Below are positions 1 to 8,714 of a DNA stretch of 64,000 nucleotides, piece after piece. This DNA comes from an uncultured delta proteobacterium (GTDB lineage Bacteria; Desulfobacterota; Binatia; Binatales; Binataceae): the NCBI GenBank assembly GCA_963711565.1, contig CAVQEQ010000003.1, positions 520,958 through 584,957 on the forward strand. The letters are read 5' to 3'. The position numbers were made by a program, and so were the translations under genes. The notes beneath the pieces were generated by a model. The model saw only the letters and a list, made by a program, of their open reading frames with translations, was not told the DNA's origin and made no database searches. Within the stretch, counting starts at the first letter, position 1. The number at the start of each line of letters is the position of its first letter.

Positions 1-2475
1 CGTTGCCGAATACCAGGCTGCTCTTCGAGGTCGTCAGATCGACGACGCCGGTGCCGGTGAGGGTCACATTCTGCGGGCTAGTGGTGGCGTTGTCGGATAG
101 CGTCAGGGTTGCGGGATGAGCGCCGAGCGCGTCGGGCGTGAACGAGACTCCGAGCGTGCACGACGACTTGGGCGCGACCGTGATGGGAAGCGAACCGCAG
201 GTACCGGTGCCGCTGAGGGCATACTCGGAGTCGGACGGGGTCGCATTTGAGATGACCAACGGATTGGTCTTGCCGGTGTCGTGGATCGTCAGGTTCTTCG
301 TCACCGTCTGCCCGTCGGTAACGTTGCCGAAGGCAAGCGATGCCGTCACGGTCATCGAGGTAGTCGGAGTCGCGGTCGGCGTCGCGGTGACGGTCGCGGT
401 TGAGGTCGAAGTTGCAGTCGCCGTGGCAGTCGCGGTGGCCGTCGCAGTGGCCGTTGCGGTCGGCGTGGCGGTTGCGGTCGGCGTTGCCGTCGCGGTGCGC
501 GTGGGCGCGGAGGAAGCGGTTGAAGTCGCGGTCGGAGTGGCCGGGCTCGGCGTCGCGGTCGGAGTGAGCGGGGCCGGTTGCAGCGCGATTTGGCTGCCGG
601 CCATCGCGGAGGCCGCACTGTTCTGCGTGCAGGTTTGGGCCGGCGGCGCCTCATTCGACGCTGCGGTTCCGCTATAAGCGATCAGGTTGACGGAGCTGGC
701 GGAGACCAGGCCGGAAGCGCCACTCCCGACAATTTGCGAGTAGGGCGAGACGGGACCAGACCACGGGTTGGCGCCAGTTCCCCTACGCGCCACGCAGTTG
801 AGGATCAAAGCTTCGTTGCTCTGCGCGAGATTAGAAAGAGCTGGAACCGAGAGGCTTGTTGCACTCGTGCTGGTGATGCCGACCCCGGTTGGATTGTTCG
901 GATCGATGGGCGCGTCAGGGTTAACCCCGCTGAAACACTGAATCCAGCCCGCATAGATGGTGTTGGTCGAACTGCTGAGAGTCCAGGTGAAGTCCTCGGG
1001 ATCGCTGCCGCCGCCCAGCGACTTGTACCAGTAGAGGTACTCGGCCGCGCCGGTGACGCCGCTGTTATCGCCGCGGATCGGGGTCCATCCATTGGGAACC
1101 GTTTTGACCGTAAGGGTCGTCGCCGCATCCGAGAACTCGGCGACACAGATGTCGTCGGCGGCCACGCCGGGAGGAAAGTTCAGAGTAACGTCGGCCGTCG
1201 CAGTTGAATCGTAGCTCGTGGTCGCGGCCGGCTGGTCTGGAACCGGGGAAGGAACCATTGGGCCCAAGGCGTTCAGGTAACCGGCATTGTCGAGAAAGTA
1301 GATGGTGCCGTCGGCGCCGATCGCGGCCGAGGAGTAGTTCACGCCGTTGCCGTAGTACGCCCACTTTTGGGTGGCTGAGGTGCCGTCGTCAGTTACTGCG
1401 ATCAAAGTGGGATTGACGGACGCTTGGCCGAGGTAAATGGTGCCGTCGGCGCCGATCGTTGGCGAAGAATGATAGGTCTCCGACAGTCGCATTTGCCACT
1501 TATCGGAACCGTCGGCGTTAAACGCGAGAATATTGTTGTTCGCGTAGTCGCTGAAGTAGATGGTTCCGTTGGCTCCAACTGCGGGCGAGGAGTATCCATT
1601 GGCGCCGGCCGGGTCCGCCCACTTCTCAGCGTATGTGCTGCCGTTGTCGGTCAGGGCGTAGAGGTTCTCGTCAGGATCATCGGAGGCAAAATAGACCGTG
1701 CCGTCCGCGCCGATCGCCGGGGAGGACTGCACCTCGCCTTCGGTCAGAAACGCCCACTTCTCGGTGGCGCTGGAACCGCTGTCAGTCAGCGCGTAGAGGT
1801 TGTCGTCATCGGAGCCGACGTAAATGGTGCCGTCGGCGCCGATCGCGGGTGAGGATTCCACTGCGCCGCTGGTCGCGAACGCCCACTTCTTCGTAACGCT
1901 GCCTTGACCGCCGTCGGTAAGCGCGTAGACGTTGTCATCGAAGGAGCCGAAGTAGATCGTGCCGTCGGCGCCGATCGCGGGTGAGGATTCCACTGCACCG
2001 CCGGTCGCGAACGTCCACTTTTCCGTAACGCTGCCTTGCCCGCCATCGGTTAGCGCATACAGCCTGTCGCCGGAGCCCACGTAAATGGTGCCGTCAGCGC
2101 CGATCGCCGGTGCAGAGATAAAGACAGAGCCGCCGGTGGAGAACACCCACCTTTCGCTGCCGTCGGGATTTACCGCGTAGATATTGCCGTTACCATAGTT
2201 GCCGAAGTAGATGGTGCCGTCAGCGCCGATTGACGGCGAGGAGTACCCTGGGGAGCCCTCACCGGAGGAGAATTGCCATTTGACGTTGGCGCCGATGGCG
2301 CTGGTGTTGTACTCGCTCTGGCCGGTGTGGGAGAGATCGTGCTGGAATACCGGCCACGCCAACGTCACCAATTGCGCGTGCGTAACGCCCAGCGCCGCAA
2401 GCGCAACAAACCCAATCGCCGCCACGCTCAACCACGCAATCGCGCCGACACGTGTTCTTCCCGATGGTTCCCTCA
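1..2475 (-). CDS. Secreted PQQ/BamB-like beta-propeller repeat protein (partial; C-terminus lies beyond window start) with Ala/Thr linker and C-terminal Ig-like (ASH/choice-of-anchor-D-like) domain
   Basis: Minus-strand ORF starts at the ATG at 2475-2473. The N-terminus MREPSGRTRVGAIAWLSVAAIGFVALAALG looks like a signal peptide. At least 9 tandem ~40-aa repeats carry the motif IGADGTIYxGSxDxNLYAL, typical of PQQ-like propeller blades. A perfect (AT)n linker is encoded at nt 361-520. The ORF reads through position 1. Confidence 0.7.
361..520. repeat. Tandem hexanucleotide (gYNgYN) low-complexity DNA encoding an Ala-Thr dipeptide linker
   Basis: The 6-nt periodicity gcggtg/gccgtc is visible directly. 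It translates on the minus strand as ATATATATATAT. Confidence 0.8.
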
Positions 2476-2885
2476 TCGCACCCTCCCTGGTTCGAGCGGA
2501 CACTCAGAACCCTCGAAGGAGCCGCCAAGGTCGCCGCTACGCGATCACCCAATACCACAGGCATCACCATCCCCGGAACCGCGCGTCACGATCCACTCCC
2601 GTCGAGTGTGATGGGTCACTCCAGCATCGCTTCGAAAAAACGCAACATCACGCGTTTCCACTTCGCATCGTTCAGAAGCGATACGGGACTGTACCAATCG
2701 TGAGCATCCTACCGTTAGACTAATATCCTGTCAATTAGTTTATCTAAAAGAAAAATCTGGTCTGCTACCGGCAATTTCAGTGTTGAAGTATCGCAGGCCA
2801 GCCCATGGAGCGGCTGGTGTCAGCCTGATGGATGCGCGCCGGGAAGAAGCGAATCGTGGCGCGCCTGCGAGAGGGGACGCGCGGC

Positions 2886-4715
2886 TCAGGCGGGAGTGAA
2901 TTGGCGGTCGGAGAGCTTGGGAGCAGTCAGGTCGGTGACACCGAGCATGAAGCGCCGCAGCGTTAGCTGGTGAGCAGCCGCGAAAGACTCGAGCGAGGCC
3001 AGTTGCGCGGCGGAGAGGGTCTCCTGCGCGATTACGATTTCGTCGAACGGAGTGCGCGCCATGATCCCGTCAATATTGTCGAGCGAGCCCAGCACCGGGT
3101 AGCCGTGGAACAGCTTGCCGTGCTTGAAACTGTCGTCGTCGAGCAGGCCCAGCAGCTCGGTGCCGGCGCCAAGCGTCGCGTGCAGATGTTGAACGGCGGC
3201 GGCGCCGCGCGCGTCGGCGCCCACAATCACGAGGCGGCGGCCGGAATGCGCCAGGAAGCGGAGGATGCGCTGGAACAGATGGAACGACCAGCGCGTGCCG
3301 ACCAGGAAATTGAACAGCAGCAGAACGAACATCACGGCGGCCGAGCGCGAAATCACGATCGGCAGAATGTGCGATGCCAGCTTGACGGCAAGCCCCGCGA
3401 GCACCGCGGCCAGCGCAAAACGCACACTCTCGGCCAGTCCGGTGTAGCGCCAGATGCCTCGGTAAACGCCTGCCACCAGGAATGAACCGCAGCCAATCGC
3501 GACGATCCACGGCAGGCCCGCAATCATCTGGCTCACCTGGAATATGCTGAGGTCGAAGTCGTAGCGCAGCATCATCGCGCCGAAGTAGGCCGCCGCTACC
3601 AGCGCTACATCGAGGATCAATTCGACGAAGCGGCGCTTGTAGCCGAAGCTCAGGATGACGCGCGCAATCGCGGGCAGGTCCTCGATTTGGCCGGGCGCCT
3701 CGGCGTCGAACGAGCGATCCATCAGGAACAGCGCCACCAGCGCGAAGAACAGGGCCATGAACGGAATCAGCAGGATCGCGTCGTAGCCCGGCACCAGGCT
3801 GAGCGCGATCGCGCATCCGCCCGCGATCACCTGAATGCCGATCAAGGTCATCGCCGCGCTGGTACTCGACATGCCCAGGCGCGTCAGCCGATGATGCGAA
3901 TGATCGAGGCCGCGGCGCGAGATGGGATTGCCGGTCGCGAGCCGCGTCACCGTTACGGTCACGGTGTCGAGCAGCGGGACCATCAGCGCCAGCAACGGCA
4001 TCGCGAGGCGCGCCGGCAGAGACCCCTCGCCGAAACGGCTGCCTTGAATCGAGAGCACGCCCAGCACGAGCCCGACCGCAAGCGCGCCTTCGTCGCCCAT
4101 GAAAATGGAAGCCGGCGGAAAATTGAAGATGATGAATCCCCCCAGCGCGCCGGCGATCGCGAGCGCCGCGACCATCGTGCCGCTGTGCTGATGCAGCCCG
4201 GCAACGGTGGCGATGCTCAAGGCCGCGACGATGCCGACTCCCGCGGCGAGGCCGTCGACGCCGTCGATCAAGTTGAAGGCGTTGGTCGCGGTGACCAGCC
4301 AGAAAATCGTCAAAGCGAGGTTGAAGCTCGCGTACGGGAAGAAGTCGAGATGCGGTCCCCACCATACGAGGACGCAGATGGCGGCCAGCTCGAGCATCAG
4401 CTTGTGACGCGGCTTGAGATCGACGATGTCGTCGAGCAATCCAACGAGGCACATCGCGACCGCGAAGGCCGCGAGCCATGGGATACTATGGTAGGGCAGG
4501 CCTGACAGGATTCCGACGAAACCGATCGCAAAGACGAAGCCGGCCATCACGGCCAAGCCGCCGAGCAGCGCGGTCGGCTTTTCATGGGGGCGGTCGCTGC
4601 TAGGCTGGGCGACGATGCCGAAGCGGACGGAAGCGAGCTTCGCGACCGGCATCATCGCGATGGCGACAAGGAAAGCGGACAAAAGCGTGAGGACTATTTC
4701 AAACTCGATGGTCAA
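2886..4715 (-). CDS. Glycosyltransferase family 4 (MraY/WecA-type polyprenyl-phosphate sugar-1-phosphate transferase) fused to a C-terminal CoA-binding-like domain
   Basis: 609-aa ORF with many TM helices. It carries NAFNLIDGVDGLAAG and FMGDEGALAVG motifs characteristic of the MraY/WecA family. The C-terminal ~150 aa has a Rossmann-like VIVGADARG segment. Confidence 0.75.
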   Translation of the reverse strand: MTIEFEIVLTLLSAFLVAIAMMPVAKLASVRFGIVAQPSSDRPHEKPTALLGGLAVMAGFVFAIGFVGILSGLPYHSIPWLAAFAVAMCLVGLLDDIVDLKPRHKLMLELAAICVLVWWGPHLDFFPYASFNLALTIFWLVTATNAFNLIDGVDGLAAGVGIVAALSIATVAGLHQHSGTMVAALAIAGALGGFIIFNFPPASIFMGDEGALAVGLVLGVLSIQGSRFGEGSLPARLAMPLLALMVPLLDTVTVTVTRLATGNPISRRGLDHSHHRLTRLGMSSTSAAMTLIGIQVIAGGCAIALSLVPGYDAILLIPFMALFFALVALFLMDRSFDAEAPGQIEDLPAIARVILSFGYKRRFVELILDVALVAAAYFGAMMLRYDFDLSIFQVSQMIAGLPWIVAIGCGSFLVAGVYRGIWRYTGLAESVRFALAAVLAGLAVKLASHILPIVISRSAAVMFVLLLFNFLVGTRWSFHLFQRILRFLAHSGRRLVIVGADARGAAAVQHLHATLGAGTELLGLLDDDSFKHGKLFHGYPVLGSLDNIDGIMARTPFDEIVIAQETLSAAQLASLESFAAAHQLTLRRFMLGVTDLTAPKLSDRQFTPA

Positions 4716-5025
4716 TCTTGCTCTATACGATCAGCTCGGTGTGTTGGTTGCCATTCAAAGTCTTCCACAGCCCACCGTGGGCAGCTTAGTCGTTCAGCAG
4801 GTTAGCGCCGTTTGGAGTTTATAGCTAAACCCTCCCTGCTCGGGGACGCGAACCGCTGACGATCATGACGAGGCTGAGTGGTCCATCGCCTCGGTGGGGT
4901 GAACCTTGGCAGAGGGGTCGGTCTACGTCAAGGCTAGCTACATCGATTTATGTAGCGTGTACGCTACGGGTGGCAGGCGGATGGCGGGCACGGCGGCCCG
5001 TCCCACTGATCTCCACAATCAGCGC

Positions 5026-5298
5026 CTACTGCTTCATCACGAGCACGTTGCCGTCTTTATCCAGTGCTAGGCAATCGACCTGCTGCCCGGAATAGAATGC
5101 CCCGCAAATCGACTTGTCCACACCCGGGCATTTGTAAAGGTTCGGCGCGGTCTGCTCGCATTGCGCGAGATTGAAATGGAGCGCCGTCTGCGCCCTGTTC
5201 TCCTGGGCCTGCGAGGGCGAGAAAATGTAGCACCCCGACAGCGCGATCGCCGCCACCGACACAATCACCGCCGCAACTTTTAGCGAGCTTCCCCTCAT
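5026..5298 (-). CDS. Small lipoprotein, unknown function
   Basis: MRGSSLKVAAVIVSVAAIALSGC is a type II signal peptide with an LSGC lipobox. A GGGAGGA RBS lies 7 nt upstream. An alternative start (MKMWEE) at 5322 also has an RBS. Confidence 0.55.
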   Translation of the reverse strand: MRGSSLKVAAVIVSVAAIALSGCYIFSPSQAQENRAQTALHFNLAQCEQTAPNLYKCPGVDKSICGAFYSGQQVDCLALDKDGNVLVMKQ

Positions 5299-5418
5299 AA
5301 CACTTTCCTCCCACATCTTCATCGTGTGTTCCTCCACCGAGGCAAGGATTTATATGGATTCGGCGCGCATCACAACTGGGGGAATCGTGATTACGTTTAC
5401 TGGTCAGGAGTAACGACA

Positions 5419-6462
5419 ATGCGTTCATCTTTGAAACTGGTTTCGGATGGCGCCGCGCTCGACGGGAGCCGTCCGTTCTCTCATGATTCGTCCGACGATC
5501 GTCTGTTCGACGCCTACTCTCGCGCCGTGACGGGCGCCGCCGAGTCCGTCAGTCCGGCGGTGGTGAATATCGAGGTGGCTCATGCGACTGGACCGCGGAG
5601 CAATCCGCACAATCCCGACGCGCCGGCAGGCAGCGGTTCGGGGTTCATCGTCGCGCCCGACGGCTACATCATTACAAACAGCCACGTCGTCCATCACGCG
5701 TCGCGAATCTCGGTCACGCTTTCCGACGGCCGCAAATCGGAAGCGGAACTAATTGGAGACGATCCGGAAACCGATCTCGCGGTGATTCGAATCAGCGGAT
5801 CGAACCTGGCGGCGGTGTCTCTCGGCGACTCGCAGGCGATTCGGGTCGGGGAGCTCGCGATCGCGATTGGAAATCCGTACGGCTTCCAATGCACCGTGAC
5901 TGCGGGCGTGGTGAGCGCGCTCGGACGATCGTTGCGCGCGGGATCTGGGCGCTTGATCGACAACGTGATCCAAACAGACGCGGCACTGAATCCCGGCAAC
6001 TCGGGCGGACCGCTGGTCAACTCTCGCGGCAAGGTTATCGGCGTCAATACAGCGATCATCTTGCCGGCGCAGGGAATCTGCTTCGCGATCGCGATCAACA
6101 GCGCGAAGCTGGTCGCGGGGCATCTGATCAAGGACGGCAAGATCAGCCGCGGCTATATCGGAATCGCGGGGCACAACGTCGAGCTGCCGCGGCGCTTCGT
6201 GCGGTTCTATCGGCTGCCGGCGGAAACGGCGGTGCGAGTCGCGTCGGTCGAGGCGAACAGTCCGGCGGCGGCCGGCGGAATCAAGGAAGGCGACCTGATG
6301 ATTCGGCTCGGCGACTCGCCGATCGCAGGCATCGACGATTTGCAGCGGCACCTCACAATGAACCAGGTGGGAGTGCGCACGCCGGTCGCGGTGATTCGCG
6401 GGACCGAACAGATGACGCTCGAAGTGGTTCCGGCGGAAGCGGCGCACAAATCGCGCGAGTGA
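5419..6462 (+). CDS. HtrA/DegP-family trypsin-like serine protease with C-terminal PDZ domain
   Basis: Triad motifs TNSHVV, DLAVIRI and GNSGGPL are present. A PDZ-like C-terminus follows. AGGAG RBS lies upstream of the ATG at 5419. Confidence 0.85.
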   Translation: MRSSLKLVSDGAALDGSRPFSHDSSDDRLFDAYSRAVTGAAESVSPAVVNIEVAHATGPRSNPHNPDAPAGSGSGFIVAPDGYIITNSHVVHHASRISVTLSDGRKSEAELIGDDPETDLAVIRISGSNLAAVSLGDSQAIRVGELAIAIGNPYGFQCTVTAGVVSALGRSLRAGSGRLIDNVIQTDAALNPGNSGGPLVNSRGKVIGVNTAIILPAQGICFAIAINSAKLVAGHLIKDGKISRGYIGIAGHNVELPRRFVRFYRLPAETAVRVASVEANSPAAAGGIKEGDLMIRLGDSPIAGIDDLQRHLTMNQVGVRTPVAVIRGTEQMTLEVVPAEAAHKSRE

Positions 6463-6815
6463 GGTCTGCGGCGTTTCGCGCTTTGGCGCCGGCATCGGTG
6501 GGAATAATTTTCCTGGCGAGATGCCCAATGCTTTGCGTAACGCAGTGTGTAACTCAGCATCGCTGGGTGTCGCGTTGCTGGTCCCTGGATTGCTTGATTT
6601 GCCACGATGCCGGGCGGGACGCCAGAATGTGAGATGGTTTTAAGGCAAACTCAAGAGAGTTTGCGTGCTATGAAACTGCACATCGTCAATTATCAGCTGC
6701 AGCTCCTGCTGTTGTCCTTGAGAAATCCTGTAGAAAATTCCGACACACCGCGGCACGACGATATAGGCTCGAGCTCCCGCAGTGTTCCGGTACGGAAGCC
6801 GCGCGACTGAGACTT

Positions 6816-6895
6816 AATATAATGTGAAACCCGCGGTGGGTTTCACGCTTCCTTCGGCAGGAGTGACCCCTGCACCCGGTGTTAAAAGAAGAGCG
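6816..6895. repeat. ~75-bp intergenic structured repeat, copy 1 (double hairpin: gtgaaaccc-gcg-gtgggtttcac then gcagg..cctgc)
   Basis: About 85% identical to the copy at 13746-13825. Both lie directly after a stop codon. Confidence 0.7.
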
Positions 6896-6900
6896 ACGTG

Positions 6901-8607
6901 TTATCCCATCGGGCCCTGGTAGACCTCGGCGAAGCGCATGCCGAGTTCGCCGGGGATCGCGAGGTTGGCGTCGCGATTCGTTTTCAGGCAGATGACCGCG
7001 GGACCGTCGGCGGCCTGCGCATCCTTTAACGCCGCGTCGAGATCTTCGATCCTATCGACGTAGAACGATTTGCAGCCGAGGCCCTCGGCGACTTTGTCCC
7101 ATCGCACTGTGCCCATCTCGGTGCCGAAGGTCTTGCCCCAGAGGCGGCGTTCGTTCGGCTCTTCCATGGTCCATGAACCTTCGGCGAAGACGATGACCCT
7201 GACTTTCAGGCCTTCGCGCGCCGCCGTTTGCATCTCCATGAAGTTGAAGCCCGCGGCGCCGTCGCCGCTGACGCAAACGACTTCGCGCGAGGGGTTGCCG
7301 AGTTTCGCGCCGATCGACGAAGGGATTCCGGTGCCGAGCATCCCGAGCTCTAGGATGTTCAGGAACGACCGCGGCTTGGTCGATGGAAGAAACCAGAGCG
7401 ACCACAACGAGGTGTTGCCGCCGTCGGCGACGTAGATACTGTCGGGGCCGAACACCTTGCCGATTTTTTCGATCGCTTGCGCCGGATGGATTCCCGGTCC
7501 GCTCCACTTCGCGACCGAGGCGAAACGCTTCTCGCGCCATTCGTGAGCGGTCTGCCGATAGCGCGCCATATCTTCGCCGTTTTTGGGCTGGGCGCGTTTC
7601 GTCTTGAGCACACGCAGCAAGCCTTCGAGCGCGCTCTTCGCGTCGGCGACAATCGCGAGTGCGAGCGGGCGCGTGACGCCCATGTTGCGCTGATCAATGT
7701 CCACCTGGATGAGTTTCTGATTGGAGGGGTCGCCCCAGTACTTGTCGTAGGGAATGTCGAGGTTGCCCATCCGCGAGCCGGCGACGAGGATCACGTCGGA
7801 CTCGCGGCGCGCGAGGTCGGCGGCAATTCCGTAGCCGTAGAGAAAGTTCGGATGGTCCATCGGCACCGACGAGCGCGCGGCAATCGAACTGATGACCGGA
7901 CAGTTGAGCAGATCGACGACGGCTAGGAGCGCCTCGTTGGCGCCGGCGCGATCGACTCCGCCGCCCGAGATCACGAGAGGCCGCTTCGCCGCTATGAGCA
8001 TCGCGGCGGCCTCTTCGAGCTGCGCCTCCGACGCGCGCGGACCCGATGCGCGGTATTCATTCGGCTTGAGCACGCGGACTTTGGTGTCGTCGCCCGTCGC
8101 GTACATGATGGGCGCGGGAATCTCGATATGAATCGGGCCGGGCCTGCCGGTCCACATCTCGCGAAACGCAATGCGCATCACTTCGGGGATTCGATCCCAC
8201 GACAGAATCGGACCGCTCCATTTCACGACGGGCTTGAAGATTTCGAGCTGGTCCTGTCCCTGGAAGGTCGAGGGCGGCGACGGATAAACGATGCCGAGGC
8301 GATGCTGCGCGGTGATGACGACGACGGGCACGCCCTCGTGGCGCGCGGTGATCACGCCGGGCAGAAGATTCGCGGAGCCGGGGCCTGGATTGCCGAGCAC
8401 GGCGGCGACCTGGCCGGTCGTCTTGTACAGCCCCTCCGCCATGTGGACGGCGGCGGCCTCGTGACGGATGGGCACGAGTCGCACGTCGTACTCCGCGAGC
8501 TTGGCGAGCAGCGGATCGACCTCGGGACAAGGGAGGCCGAAGACGAACTTGACACCCTCGGCAACGAGACATCGCAGCAGCAGTTCGGCACCTGTGATTT
8601 CGCTCAT
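6901..8607 (-). CDS. Thiamine-pyrophosphate-dependent enzyme (acetolactate synthase large-subunit-like)
   Basis: N-terminal TPP Pyr domain (MSEITGAELLLRCLVAEGVKFVFGLP). Central and C-terminal TPP-binding domains follow (GDGAAGFNFMEMQTA). Start is the ATG at 8607 with a GGAGGA RBS. The longer ORF to 8754 lacks an RBS. Confidence 0.75.
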   Translation of the reverse strand: MSEITGAELLLRCLVAEGVKFVFGLPCPEVDPLLAKLAEYDVRLVPIRHEAAAVHMAEGLYKTTGQVAAVLGNPGPGSANLLPGVITARHEGVPVVVITAQHRLGIVYPSPPSTFQGQDQLEIFKPVVKWSGPILSWDRIPEVMRIAFREMWTGRPGPIHIEIPAPIMYATGDDTKVRVLKPNEYRASGPRASEAQLEEAAAMLIAAKRPLVISGGGVDRAGANEALLAVVDLLNCPVISSIAARSSVPMDHPNFLYGYGIAADLARRESDVILVAGSRMGNLDIPYDKYWGDPSNQKLIQVDIDQRNMGVTRPLALAIVADAKSALEGLLRVLKTKRAQPKNGEDMARYRQTAHEWREKRFASVAKWSGPGIHPAQAIEKIGKVFGPDSIYVADGGNTSLWSLWFLPSTKPRSFLNILELGMLGTGIPSSIGAKLGNPSREVVCVSGDGAAGFNFMEMQTAAREGLKVRVIVFAEGSWTMEEPNERRLWGKTFGTEMGTVRWDKVAEGLGCKSFYVDRIEDLDAALKDAQAADGPAVICLKTNRDANLAIPGELGMRFAEVYQGPMG

Positions 8608-8714
8608 AACGTCCTCCGGTGAGACCAATTCGGACACTACGCTCGCTGCCAAACCGGGAGCAAGCCGCGCGTCGCTGATGGAATCGACGTTCCTCCACCT
8701 GCTAGTTTGCGTGC

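Noticed and set aside
352-654. Minus-strand 100-aa Arg/Pro-rich ORF
   Set aside because: It is an alternate frame of the (AT)n linker-coding repeat inside the beta-propeller gene. Its composition is an artefact of GC-rich repetitive DNA.
3070-4479. 469-aa Arg-rich ORF overlapping the GT4 gene in another frame
   Set aside because: It has no recognisable motifs and extreme Arg/Gly/Asp bias typical of off-frame GC-rich sequence. The in-frame GT4 reading has clear MraY/WecA motifs.
4860-5000. Possible tRNA or ncRNA in the 310-bp gap upstream of the GT4 gene
   Set aside because: No T-loop (GTTCGAATC-like) or cloverleaf-compatible segments were seen. I found only short palindromes, and no tRNA-like sequence anywhere in the window.
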